A stretch of 64,000 nt of DNA from Syntrophorhabdaceae bacterium (lineage in GTDB: Bacteria; Desulfobacterota; Syntrophorhabdia; Syntrophorhabdales; Syntrophorhabdaceae), in the NCBI GenBank assembly GCA_963665295.1, contig OY762209.1:5408001-5472000 (forward strand). The letters are read 5' to 3'. This document shows positions 39,096 to 48,575 of the stretch, in pieces; the first letter of the stretch is position 1; every line of letters starts with the position of its first letter. The position numbers were made by a program, and so were the translations under genes. The notes below the pieces were generated by a model. The model saw nothing but the letters and a program-made list of their open reading frames with translations, made no database searches and had not been told where the DNA came from.

Positions 39096-39617
39096 ATGGC
39101 TCAACGCTCCAAAGTACTGAGCCTCCCGGACCCGGTAAAAAACGAGCTTGACAAGCGTCTCGTGCGCGGAGGGTTTTGCGATTACACGGCCCTGTCGGAG
39201 TGGCTCTGCGAACAGGGATACGAGATCAGCAAAAGCGCCATACACCGCTATGGACAGGCATTTGACGAGCGCTTATCCGCGATAAGGGTGGCTACTGAGC
39301 AGGCCAGGGCGGTCACCGAAGCGGCGGGGGATGACCGGGGGGACCTGGGCGATGCTCTTACTATGCTCGTGCAGGAAAAAACATTCCAGGCCCTCGTCGA
39401 AATGCAGAGTCTCAATCCCGAAAAGATCGACCTCACCAAGCTGGGCCGCATGGTCGCAGAACTCAACCGGGCGAGCGTGCAGCAAAAAAAGTGGATCGCC
39501 GAAGCCCGGGAAAAGACGAAAGCGACCGCCGAAGAAGTGGTCAAAGTCGCCAAGAAAGAGGGCCTTACGGAAGAGAAAGCACAGCAGATACGCCGCATGA
39601 TACTGGGGATTGTGTAA
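39096..39617 (+). CDS. DUF3486 / Mu gp27-like terminase small subunit
   Basis: RSKVLSLP...GYEISKSAIHRYG; precedes the large terminase. Confidence 0.85.
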   Translation: MAQRSKVLSLPDPVKNELDKRLVRGGFCDYTALSEWLCEQGYEISKSAIHRYGQAFDERLSAIRVATEQARAVTEAAGDDRGDLGDALTMLVQEKTFQALVEMQSLNPEKIDLTKLGRMVAELNRASVQQKKWIAEAREKTKATAEEVVKVAKKEGLTEEKAQQIRRMILGIV

Positions 39618-39620
39618 CGC

Positions 39621-41177
39621 ATGGAAGAAACGTCACTCAGGAAAGAAATCTTACCCCGAACGGAACCGGCCCCCGGGCTGCTCCTTGGATATCAGGCGTG
39701 CTGGGCCGCGGACCAAGCCTCTGTTAAGGTTTGCGAAAAATCGCGCCGGGTTGGCCTCTCCTGGGGAGAAGCGGCAGATTCGACCCTCTATGCCTCCGAG
39801 AAGGGAAACGGCGAAAAGAGGGACGTATGGTACATCGGATATAACAAGGACATGGCCCAGGAATTTATTAATGACTGCGCCAAATGGGCGCGGGCATACG
39901 ATAAAGCCGCCACGGCCATGGAGGTGGAAGAATATCAGGAAATAGACCGCGTGGAAAATGCCTCCGGGGAAGTGGTGGAGGAAAGAAACATTCTTGCCTA
40001 CAGGATAACCCTCGCGTCCGGCTGGAGGATAACCGCCCTTTCGTCCCGCCCCTCGAACTTAAGAGGCAAGCAGGGCAGGATCATCATTGACGAGGCCGCG
40101 TTCCATGAGGACCTCGCGGGCCTTATCAAAGCGGCGCTCGCCATGCTTATCTGGGGCGGGCAGGTTCATATCATCAGCACCCATTTCGGGGACTCGAACC
40201 CCTTCAATACCCTTGTCCAGGACATAAGGGCGGGCAAGAAGGCTAAATACAGCCTTCACCGTATAACCTTTGACGACGCCGTTGCAGACGGCCTTTACAG
40301 GCGGGTGTGCGAGGTCCTTCGCAAAGAGTGGACCGAGGCCGGGGAAAGCGAATGGAAACAGGAAATCATCGAGAGTTATGGCGACGATGCGGATGAAGAA
40401 CTGTTCTGCATCCCAAGTCAGGGTAGCGGTGTATGGCTCACCAGGGCGGTTATCGAAAAGTGCATGTCCGATGAGATACCCGTGGTCCGCTACGAGCAAC
40501 CGAAATCATTCGCGGAGATCGCGGACCATCTGCGCTTCGCAGAGGTGGCGGACTGGTGCAAGGGAACCCTTTTGCCTCTCCTCACAGAACTTGACCCGAA
40601 CAGGAATTCGTTCTTCGGTGAGGACTTCGGCCGTACAGGGGACCTGACGGATATCGTGCCCCTTCAGGAACAGCAGAATACGACGTTCAGGGCCCCCTTT
40701 GTTTTGGAACTGAGGAATATCCCCTTCACCCAGCAAGAGCAGATCCTTTTTTACGTTGTTGACCGCCTGCCGCGTTTCCGGCACGGTGCTCTCGACGCCC
40801 GGGGAAACGGTCAGTTCCTCGCAGAAAGGGCAATGCAGAGATATGGCTCCTCCCGGATCTCCGAGGTGATGATATCCGAGAGCTGGTACAGGGAGGCAAT
40901 GCCACGCTATAAGTCGGCCTTAGAGGACAAAGTCATTATGCTCCCCAAGGATTCGGACATCATGGAAGACCACCGGTTTATCAAGGTGGTCAAGGGCGTG
41001 GCAAAAGTCCCGGAAGGAAGAACCGCTGGCCAGGACAAAAAACAGCGCCACGGGGACGCGGCGATCGCGGGGGCAATGGCATGGTTCGCCACCTATCAGG
41101 AATCATGCGGGCCGATCGAATTCGAGTCGACCGGCAGGATCCGGGAATCCTTCAGAATGGAGGGCTATCTCTCATGA
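39621..41177 (+). CDS. Terminase large subunit (Mu gp28-like)
   Basis: EKSRRVGLSW, IIDEAAFH, GEDFGRTGD, RHGDAAIA. Confidence 0.93.
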   Translation: MEETSLRKEILPRTEPAPGLLLGYQACWAADQASVKVCEKSRRVGLSWGEAADSTLYASEKGNGEKRDVWYIGYNKDMAQEFINDCAKWARAYDKAATAMEVEEYQEIDRVENASGEVVEERNILAYRITLASGWRITALSSRPSNLRGKQGRIIIDEAAFHEDLAGLIKAALAMLIWGGQVHIISTHFGDSNPFNTLVQDIRAGKKAKYSLHRITFDDAVADGLYRRVCEVLRKEWTEAGESEWKQEIIESYGDDADEELFCIPSQGSGVWLTRAVIEKCMSDEIPVVRYEQPKSFAEIADHLRFAEVADWCKGTLLPLLTELDPNRNSFFGEDFGRTGDLTDIVPLQEQQNTTFRAPFVLELRNIPFTQQEQILFYVVDRLPRFRHGALDARGNGQFLAERAMQRYGSSRISEVMISESWYREAMPRYKSALEDKVIMLPKDSDIMEDHRFIKVVKGVAKVPEGRTAGQDKKQRHGDAAIAGAMAWFATYQESCGPIEFESTGRIRESFRMEGYLS

Positions 41178-41309
41178 AACGAAATATCAAAATATCGCCC
41201 ACGGGCCGTACAACAGGCTCCGTGAGGGTAAACATACGGGTCAAGCCTGTATCGTGCGATGTGGGGGAGTTTCAACGGGGTTTCAACGGTACTACAGGGG
41301 AGAGGGCAA

Positions 41310-42812
41310 ATGGCAGATAAGCTAAAACCGGTCCTTGACGAGATCGCCACTGTGGAAAAGGATATCTACCAGGACTACATTGGGAAGGTCCAGACCAACC
41401 CGGATAAGATATTGCGTTCCGAAGGACGCGGCAAGGGTATCGAGCTTTATGAGGATTTGCTCCGCGATGACCAAGTGGGATCGAACCTTAACACACGGAA
41501 ACTCGCCGTAGTTGGCAAAGAATGGGAAGTCGTTCCCGCCTCCGAGAAAAGAGCGGATCAGAAGATCGCCGATTTCGTCAAGGAAGTGCTCCTTGCGTGC
41601 AACTATGACGATGCGAGAAAGGCGCTCCTTTCCGGAATCGTCCTCGGCTTCAAACCCGCCGAGGTCATGTGGGAGTATTCCGAAGGGCAGGTATGGATAA
41701 AAGAAATCATCGGCAAGGCTTCCCGGAGGTTTGTATTCGACCTCACCCGTAGTCTTCGTCTCCTCACCCTTCAGAACATGATCGAAGGGGAGGAAGTCCC
41801 GGAATGTAAGTTCCTATGCTACACAAACGTATCTGACAACGGGAGCCCCTACGGGGACGCGCTTGGAAGGCTCCTCTACTGGCCCGTGTGGTTCAAGAAG
41901 AACGCGATCAAGTTCTGGATGGTCTTTGCCGACAAGTTCGGGAGTCCTACTGCAATAGGGAAGTATCCCCCCGGCACGCCCCAGGCCCAACAGGACGCCC
42001 TTCTATCGGCGATCGACGCCATACAGCAGGAAGCGGCCATCAAGATACCCGATAACGTGGACATATCCCTCCTGGAGGCAACGCGGGGAGGATCGATAAG
42101 CTGCTATGACGGCCTCTGCGCGTTCATGAACGCGTCCATTTCCAAGGTCCTCCTTGGGCAAACCTTGACCACGGAGATAGGCGGTACAGGCAGCTATGCG
42201 GCGAGCCAGACCCATGAAACAGTCCGGGAGGACTATATCAAGGCGGACGCGGACTCCCTGTCGGCCGCGCTCAACCGCCAACTGGTGCGCTGGATCGTGG
42301 ACTATAATTTCCCCGGCGTGACCCGGTACCCAAAGGTCTGGATCAGGACCGAGGGAGAGAAGGACCTCAAGCCACTCGCGGACCGTGACAAGCTTATCAT
42401 CGTAGACATGGGCGTGCCCGTAACCGCCGATTACATCTATAACACCTATGGGATTCCGAAGCCCGAGGACGGTGAGAAGCTTATAAATGCTCCTGCAAAG
42501 GAGCCTGTAAGCCCACAACCGGATCAGCCAAACCCACAAAATGATAAGTCCGCAAATTTTGGAGAGCAGACCTCCGGGATCGCCGCGCTTATCGAGGCGC
42601 AACGGAACATAGACGCTCTCACGGGTAATGCCGTGAAACAGGGTGAAATTGATCTCTCGGACCTGGAGAGAATTGTCGAGTCGGCGACGTCTTATGAGGA
42701 TTTGCAGTCAAGGCTTGCAGAGGCGTACCGGTCTATCGGTCTGGCGGAATTTCAACAGACCCTTGAACGGGCGCTGTTCATGGCGGGCCTGAAAGGCAGG
42801 GCTCTCCCATGA
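41310..42812 (+). CDS. Portal protein (DUF935 / Mu gp29-like)
   Basis: FADKFGSPTAIGKYP, ISKVLLGQTLT, GSYAASQTH. Confidence 0.92.
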   Translation: MADKLKPVLDEIATVEKDIYQDYIGKVQTNPDKILRSEGRGKGIELYEDLLRDDQVGSNLNTRKLAVVGKEWEVVPASEKRADQKIADFVKEVLLACNYDDARKALLSGIVLGFKPAEVMWEYSEGQVWIKEIIGKASRRFVFDLTRSLRLLTLQNMIEGEEVPECKFLCYTNVSDNGSPYGDALGRLLYWPVWFKKNAIKFWMVFADKFGSPTAIGKYPPGTPQAQQDALLSAIDAIQQEAAIKIPDNVDISLLEATRGGSISCYDGLCAFMNASISKVLLGQTLTTEIGGTGSYAASQTHETVREDYIKADADSLSAALNRQLVRWIVDYNFPGVTRYPKVWIRTEGEKDLKPLADRDKLIIVDMGVPVTADYIYNTYGIPKPEDGEKLINAPAKEPVSPQPDQPNPQNDKSANFGEQTSGIAALIEAQRNIDALTGNAVKQGEIDLSDLERIVESATSYEDLQSRLAEAYRSIGLAEFQQTLERALFMAGLKGRALP

Positions 42813-43954
42813 TCGAGTTCACCCCTCTTCCGTTTGATGAAGCAATCCGGTTTTTCGGGGATAAGGTAACCCTCGCTCCGGACAAATACAGAGCCCTCAC
42901 CGCAGAGGCCAGGGCGAAGGCGTTCACGGTGGCGGGCGTGGCGAAGATGGACGTGTTGACGGACCTCTACACGGGGATCGACAAGGCTATTTCGGAGGGG
43001 ACCACTTTCGCGGATTTTCAAAAGTCGGTGACGGGCATAATGGAGAAGCGGGGATGGACGGGGATGACGCCGTATCGTCTGGATAATGTCTTTCGCACCA
43101 ACATACAACAGGCGTATCAGGCCGGGCACTTTCAGAAACAGATGGGGCTCGCCGACCGCCGTCCGTATTGGCAGTACGTGGCGGTGATGGATTCCCGCAC
43201 CCGGCCCGCCCATGCGCGGATGAACGGTAAAGTGATGCGGTATGACGATCCATTCTGGGAAACGTCCTATCCGCCGAATGGTTTTAGATGTCGCTGCGCG
43301 GTGCGGGACTTGTCGGAGAGCGAGTTCGGGAGAGAAAAGTTGAACCTCACCGAAAATCAGGACTCCGTTGCCGACCCGGGGTTCGATACAAATCCGGGAG
43401 AAGCATACCGAGTGGACCTCGTCGCATGGGAAAAAGCGGAGAAAGCCCCTCGTCCGTTACAGGAAGCCTTCATGGACGCCATGGCAAAAGGGTCTCCCCG
43501 CAGGGCTGCCTTTGCAGATTGGGTTGACGAGATTGCCAAAGACAGAAAGGCGCGAGGAAAGACGAGTGTAATTGGATGGATGGACTCAGACACAATGAAT
43601 TACCTGACTCGGAATGACGTGCACCTGTCATCACCGGTAATTACCGCTAATGACAAGAGAATACTCCATACGATGCGAGAGGCAAAGGAGGCGAGAGGTA
43701 GCACTCTCTCCATCGAGGAGACAAAGGGCATCCCCGATGTTATCGCCGGATATGACGCGGTGCTGTGGGACACCGAAGACCCCGCCCTCGTGTATGTGTC
43801 GGCAGGGCGGGAACGCGACATCAAGATTGTCGTCAGAGTAAATTACAGGCTGAAAGGAGAACGGGAACCTGTCAATCTCCTTACGACCGCGGGGAAGGTT
43901 CAGAGAAAAAACCTCACAACGAAAAGATACCAGCTTATAAGAGGAGAATTATGA
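42809..43954 (+). CDS. MuF minor head protein with C-terminal extension resembling phage BECR-fold nucleases
   Basis: MuF motifs AFTVAG, RTNIQQAY, DSRTRPAH, PPNGFRCRC; extra ~140 aa with ILHTMREAKEARG...AVLWDT...LVYV...KIVVRVNY. Confidence 0.85.
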   Translation: MIEFTPLPFDEAIRFFGDKVTLAPDKYRALTAEARAKAFTVAGVAKMDVLTDLYTGIDKAISEGTTFADFQKSVTGIMEKRGWTGMTPYRLDNVFRTNIQQAYQAGHFQKQMGLADRRPYWQYVAVMDSRTRPAHARMNGKVMRYDDPFWETSYPPNGFRCRCAVRDLSESEFGREKLNLTENQDSVADPGFDTNPGEAYRVDLVAWEKAEKAPRPLQEAFMDAMAKGSPRRAAFADWVDEIAKDRKARGKTSVIGWMDSDTMNYLTRNDVHLSSPVITANDKRILHTMREAKEARGSTLSIEETKGIPDVIAGYDAVLWDTEDPALVYVSAGRERDIKIVVRVNYRLKGEREPVNLLTTAGKVQRKNLTTKRYQLIRGEL

Positions 43955-44060
43955 TGGGGCTGGAGGGGCGCCACATCCCTCATAGGGCGGTCAGCCTCGA
44001 CGAAATCAAGGCCTCATGTCCAACTGGCCACGGCGACTTTCCAGTTGTCAGCCCCATCAT
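43951..44060 (-). ncRNA. Putative ~110-nt structured antisense RNA (four-way junction)
   Basis: 12-bp terminal stem, three internal hairpins, G-U pairs favouring the minus strand, directly behind a consensus promoter. Confidence 0.7.
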
Positions 44061-44067
44061 TAGTCAA

Positions 44068-44095
44068 ATTATAACACAGCAAAAGGACGTGTCAA
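44068..44095 (-). promoter_or_regulatory. Perfect-consensus sigma70 promoter, antisense to the late operon
   Basis: Minus strand TTGACA-CGTCCTTTTGCTGTGT-TATAAT (16-nt spacer, extended -10 TG). Confidence 0.85.
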
Positions 44096-44530
44096 GTGGC
44101 CGATAGCTGGATAAGAGTTGAGATCAAAGACGAGGGGCTAAAAGACCTTCTCAAAAGCCTAAAGGAAAGAGTCGAGAACCCAGCCGAGGCGATGAAAGAA
44201 GTGGGTGCGATCGTCAGAAGCTCCATAATCAAGAATTTCCAGGAAAGCGGTCGCCCGGAGAAGTGGAAGCCGAAGAGAAAGCCCCGGCAAGGCAAAGTTC
44301 TCATCGACACCGCCCGGCTTCAGAACTCCATAAATTACAAAGCCTACGCGAACAGGGTGGAAATAGGTCCGGATGCAGTAGTCTATGCCGCCATTCATCA
44401 GTTCGGAGGCAAAGCAGGCAGAGGCCATAAAGTCACGATTCCCGCCCGACCTTATCTCGCGGTTCAGGATGAGGATTGGTCGGAGATCAAGAGGGTAATC
44501 GAGAACTATCTCACGAGGAGGAACGCATAA
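44096..44530 (+). CDS. Virion morphogenesis protein (Mu gpG-like)
   Basis: LIDTARLQNSI, YAAIHQFGG, IPARPYL. Confidence 0.92.
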   Translation: MADSWIRVEIKDEGLKDLLKSLKERVENPAEAMKEVGAIVRSSIIKNFQESGRPEKWKPKRKPRQGKVLIDTARLQNSINYKAYANRVEIGPDAVVYAAIHQFGGKAGRGHKVTIPARPYLAVQDEDWSEIKRVIENYLTRRNA

Positions 44531-45603
44531 TGCCAGACTACATCGAGCGCCGGTTCCCCGTCTTTAAGGCGGGCACGCATAAGGATTCGGATGGCAAGGA
44601 ACGGACCTGGACCCCGGCCGATCTGGACCATATGGTTTCGACCTACGATCCCACCCAGCATGAAGCTCCCGTGGTGATAGGTCACCCCAAAGACAATTCA
44701 CCGGCGTTCGGGTGGGTCAAAAATCTATCCCGGGAAGGCGACGTGCTCCACGCTCACGCGGAAATCTTCCCGGAGCTGGACGGCATGATACAGAAGGGGC
44801 TTTTCAAAAAGCGCTCCATTTCCCTCTATGAAGACGGGACGCTCAGGCACATAGGCTTTTTGGGGGCGAAGCCCCCTGCGGTTAAAGGACTCCCTGACAT
44901 TCAGTTTGGGGAAGGAGTTGAAACCACCATCGAGTTTACAGACTCGAACACCAAAGAAGGAGGTAACCGGATGAAGTTTTTTGACTGGATCAGACAGACA
45001 GCAGGAAAAGAGGGGGTGACCCTCGAAGATTTACCCACGGCGGGGGGAACCTTTTCGGAAGAGGAACTGAAGCGAAGGATCGATGCGGCCCGCAAAGAGG
45101 AACGAGACAAAGCGACAGCGGAATTCTCGGAGGCGCAGAAAAAGACGTCCGATGATCTGAAAGCTCGTGAGGAACGGATACGCACACAGGAGCTGGAAAC
45201 ACGCAAAACCCTGACAGCCTCATTCTGCGAGGCCCTCCAGAAAGAGGGAAGGCTGACACCCGCAATGATGAAGGTCGGCATGGGCATGACGAACTTTCTT
45301 GAGCAGATCGGCGCGATCGAGGCCACGATCGAATTCAACGAAGGAGAGAAGAAGCTCGCACAGACACCCCTTGAGTTCATGCAGGCGTTTCTCCGGGGGC
45401 TCCCGAAGGCGATAGAATTTGGGGAAGTTGCGACGGATGACAAGGATACTGGGCCGAAAGGTCAGGCGGCAGAAAAACTTGATCGTCTGACCAAGGCAAA
45501 AATGGGGAGCGACAAGGCTTTATCCTACGGAGCCGCATTCACCGAAGTGCAGAGCGAAAACCCCGATCTTGCCCGCGATTATGCGGAAGAGATCGGCAGA
45601 TAA
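44530..45603 (+). CDS. Prohead protease/scaffold (Mu gpI/Z-like), with internal start at 44971
   Basis: APVVIGHP, AFGWV, KKRSISLY, LRHIGFLGAKPPAVKGL; AAGGAGGT before in-frame ATG 44971. Confidence 0.88.
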   Translation: MPDYIERRFPVFKAGTHKDSDGKERTWTPADLDHMVSTYDPTQHEAPVVIGHPKDNSPAFGWVKNLSREGDVLHAHAEIFPELDGMIQKGLFKKRSISLYEDGTLRHIGFLGAKPPAVKGLPDIQFGEGVETTIEFTDSNTKEGGNRMKFFDWIRQTAGKEGVTLEDLPTAGGTFSEEELKRRIDAARKEERDKATAEFSEAQKKTSDDLKAREERIRTQELETRKTLTASFCEALQKEGRLTPAMMKVGMGMTNFLEQIGAIEATIEFNEGEKKLAQTPLEFMQAFLRGLPKAIEFGEVATDDKDTGPKGQAAEKLDRLTKAKMGSDKALSYGAAFTEVQSENPDLARDYAEEIGR

Positions 45604-45613
45604 GGAGGGACCG

Positions 45614-46375
45614 ATGAGCACGGAAAAGGCATTATGGGTGGAGTCCTACAAAGCAATCGAGGATTTGAGTAACGACAAGTACCGCTTCGTGGTCCTCACC
45701 GCGACAGGCGTGAGACGGCCGGACAATGAAACGGAAATATGCCTCGGCATACTTCAGAACGCGCCCGCCATCAACGAGGCGGCTGTAGTCATGCTTGCGG
45801 GACGAAGCAAGCTCGAAATGAATGACGCCCTGGGCCTGGGCGCGTTCGTAAAAGCGGAATACGTCTCGGCAACGGACGCAGGCAAAGGAAAGACCGCGGC
45901 GGCTGACCTCTCTCACGCAAGGGGGTATGTCGTCGAGGCCAGCGGAGCGGAGGATGACCTGGGCTCCGTGATTCTGTTGGGGCCGGTCCCCGCGATCACG
46001 CAGGACGCATGGCAGCGAACCACGGTCACGACGGACGCGACAGCGGGGGCGAAAACCTACACGGCGGCTGAACTTGTCGGAGGTCTCATACTCCGGGATC
46101 CAGCGGGAGGCAACAGAAACGACGTCTCGCCTGCGGCCGCTGATATCGTTGCGGCTATCCAGGGCGCGGTGGTCAAAAGTTCATTTGAATTCACCATCCG
46201 CAACACAGCGGATGCGGCCGAAACCATTACCCTCACAGCAGGGGCAAGCGTCACGCTATCGGGCACCATGACCATTGCGCAAAACAACAGCAAAAGATTT
46301 TTGGCCGTCGCGACCGATGTGGGCGCGGGAACGGAAGCCGTGACGATTTACAGTCTCGGCACAATCGTACATTAA
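45614..46375 (+). CDS. Head decoration/cement protein, two-domain
   Basis: AAGGAGG RBS; between scaffold and capsid genes; Ala/Gly/Thr-rich beta content. Confidence 0.65.
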   Translation: MSTEKALWVESYKAIEDLSNDKYRFVVLTATGVRRPDNETEICLGILQNAPAINEAAVVMLAGRSKLEMNDALGLGAFVKAEYVSATDAGKGKTAAADLSHARGYVVEASGAEDDLGSVILLGPVPAITQDAWQRTTVTTDATAGAKTYTAAELVGGLILRDPAGGNRNDVSPAAADIVAAIQGAVVKSSFEFTIRNTADAAETITLTAGASVTLSGTMTIAQNNSKRFLAVATDVGAGTEAVTIYSLGTIVH

Positions 46376-46389
46376 GAGGAGGATAGGAT

Positions 46390-47379
46390 ATGGGTGGACC
46401 GAATGCAAAAGAGTTGATCGTAGCGGGGCCTCTCCAAAACGTGAGTCTCGCGTACCGCAACAAGTCGTATATAGGCGACAAGGTATTTCGTATCCTGGAC
46501 AAGGTAGACCCGAGGGCAAAAATCGCCCGTTATCTCAAGGGATCGTGGTTCAGGGACGAAGCAGCTATAAGGGGAGCGGGCGGGGAAGCCCCTCGCGGAA
46601 CGTATGAGGTGGACTTGCTGTCCCTGGCGACAAAAGAGTATGCGTTCGCAAAGGAAGTGACCGATGAAGACAGACGGTTTGCGAAATCGCAGATGGCGCC
46701 ACCTCTTAAACCAGACCAGGACGCCATTGAATTCACCGCGGACAAAATAGACCTTTCAAAAGAGCGCAGAGTGGCGAATCTGGTGAAGACTTCATCGTGG
46801 ATAGACGGAAACGGGGCGGGCGGAGAGGACGCAGAGGGTCTGTGGTCGCCCGTGGGCGCGACAAACACCTTTCTCGCGGATATCAAAAAAGGCAAAAAGG
46901 CCGTTCAGAGCGGGACGGGAGTGACGCCCAATGCGCTCATTCTTGATTACGCGACCTATATAGGCCTGACAGAGGTGGAGTCCATCCTGGACAAGATCAA
47001 ATATACCCAGCGCGGCGTTTTAACGAGGGACCTCCTTGCCTCGCTTCTTGAACTGGAAGAGGTGCTCGTGGGTGAGGCCATAGTAAATACGGCGAAGGAG
47101 ACCAAAGCAGGGACGGAATTCACCGCCTCCTACGTTTGGGAAGTGAATGCAGGCAAGGGCATGGGTTTTCTCTTCTATCGTCCGCCCGCCCCGGGGCTCA
47201 AGGTTCCTGCCGCAGGGTATCAGGCCCGCGTCGCCTACGAAGACGGTCAGTCGAGACGCACCACAACCTGGAGGGAGGCAAGTCGTCACCAGGATGTATA
47301 TGAGGTCGCGGAAGAGACGGACATCGTGCAGACCGGTGCCGACCTGGGCTACCTGTTCAAAGATACGTTCGCAACGTAG
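46390..47379 (+). CDS. Major capsid protein (lambda gpE-like type)
   Basis: 329 aa; LQNVSLAYRN...ERRVANL...PNALIL; synteny. Confidence 0.85.
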   Translation: MGGPNAKELIVAGPLQNVSLAYRNKSYIGDKVFRILDKVDPRAKIARYLKGSWFRDEAAIRGAGGEAPRGTYEVDLLSLATKEYAFAKEVTDEDRRFAKSQMAPPLKPDQDAIEFTADKIDLSKERRVANLVKTSSWIDGNGAGGEDAEGLWSPVGATNTFLADIKKGKKAVQSGTGVTPNALILDYATYIGLTEVESILDKIKYTQRGVLTRDLLASLLELEEVLVGEAIVNTAKETKAGTEFTASYVWEVNAGKGMGFLFYRPPAPGLKVPAAGYQARVAYEDGQSRRTTTWREASRHQDVYEVAEETDIVQTGADLGYLFKDTFAT

Positions 47380-47386
47380 GAATGAG

Positions 47387-47406
47387 GGGCCGGGAAACCC
47401 CGGCCC
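47387..47406 (+). terminator. GC hairpin after the capsid gene (terminator or mRNA stabiliser)
   Basis: GGGCCGGG-AAA-CCCGGCCC; no U-tract. Confidence 0.4.
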
Positions 47407-47430
47407 ACCCTATGATGAATCGAGGAGATT

Positions 47431-47862
47431 ATGTATTGTACGATAGATGACATCAAGAAGCTCCTCCCGGAGGAGCTTCTGATTCAACTCACGGACGACG
47501 AGGGATTGAACCGGGTTAACGACGCCCGGGTCGATGAGGCGATCGCGCAGGCGGGCGCGGAGATAGACTCGTACTGCGCGACAAAATATGCCGTTCCCTT
47601 CGCTACGGTCCCGCCGATCGTCAAGAAATGTTCCGTGGACATGGCGATTTACAACCTCTATTCCCGGCGCGTGGAAAAGACACCTGAAACGCGGGTGGAC
47701 AGGTATAACAACGCGGTCAAGTTATTGAGCAATATCGCAAAAGGAGTGGTGTCGATCGGCGCGGACCCGGCCCCCACGGAGCAAGCCACAGGAGATCAAA
47801 TATCGGGAACGAAAGAAGCGAGTGACCGCGTTGTCACGCGATCGAAAATGAGGGGGTATTAA
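47431..47862 (+). CDS. Mu gp36-like (DUF1320) head-tail adaptor
   Basis: MYCTIDD...LIQLTD...EIDSY...DMAIYNL...RYNNAVKLL. Confidence 0.88.
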   Translation: MYCTIDDIKKLLPEELLIQLTDDEGLNRVNDARVDEAIAQAGAEIDSYCATKYAVPFATVPPIVKKCSVDMAIYNLYSRRVEKTPETRVDRYNNAVKLLSNIAKGVVSIGADPAPTEQATGDQISGTKEASDRVVTRSKMRGY

Positions 47863-48366
47863 ATGCCAGACACAATGGACCCGGGGTGGGGGAGAGACGA
47901 GTTCGGGGCGCAACCCTACGGCCAGTTTCTGGAAACCCTGCTTGCCATCGAGGAAGGGATCAAGGACGGAATAAGAGCCGCCATGCCCTATCTCAAGAAG
48001 GTCGAGACCTACGCGGGGCAACTCGAAGGCGAGATCGAAGAACTTACGATACTCTTTCCCGCGGTGTTCGTGAGCTATGGGGGGTCGGACTTTGAATGGA
48101 TCGACGGACAGAGTTTTCAGAATGACCCGGTTTTCAAGGTTATTGTAGTGGCAAAGGACCTTAGAGGCCAGACCGGCATGCGCGGAGGCGAATACGGGTG
48201 CTACAGGATGATTATCGACACTCTGAATGCGATCGCGAATTGCACTTTCGGGAAAGAGATACAACCCCTGAAGCCCGTAAAAGTCACGCCCCTCTTCATC
48301 AGCAAAGCGTTTGCCGCTTACGGCATAGATTTTCAAACGCAGTTTGATACAGCATACCCGCAATAA
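47863..48366 (+). CDS. Mu gp37-like (DUF1834) neck/tail completion protein
   Basis: VETYAGQL, FPAVFVSYGG; synteny. Confidence 0.75.
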   Translation: MPDTMDPGWGRDEFGAQPYGQFLETLLAIEEGIKDGIRAAMPYLKKVETYAGQLEGEIEELTILFPAVFVSYGGSDFEWIDGQSFQNDPVFKVIVVAKDLRGQTGMRGGEYGCYRMIIDTLNAIANCTFGKEIQPLKPVKVTPLFISKAFAAYGIDFQTQFDTAYPQ

Positions 48367-48386
48367 CGGTAAGGGAGGTACGGCAT

Positions 48387-48575
48387 ATGGCCATGATAAG
48401 AGTAACGGCAAAGGTCGACGGAATCCACGCGACGAGCGGAAAGACCCTCGTAGCGGGCGAAGAATGCGATATCGATGAGGGCGAGTTCGGCGACGAGGTC
48501 TTTGAGCGCGCGCCCGGGCCCGGTAAGACCCTGGGCAAGACGGGCATTACGACATCACAGGAGGATAAAACATGA
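48387..48575 (+). CDS. Small phage protein
   Basis: GGAGG RBS; coupled to the tail tube gene. Confidence 0.6.
   Translation: MAMIRVTAKVDGIHATSGKTLVAGEECDIDEGEFGDEVFERAPGPGKTLGKTGITTSQEDKT

Noticed and set aside
43951..44106. Short plus-strand ORF MMGLEGRHIPH... as a MuF immunity protein
   Set aside because: About 51 codons running through the stems and the antisense promoter, with no protein-like features. An upstream GAGGAG exists, so translation cannot be excluded, but the minus-strand RNA explains the sequence better.
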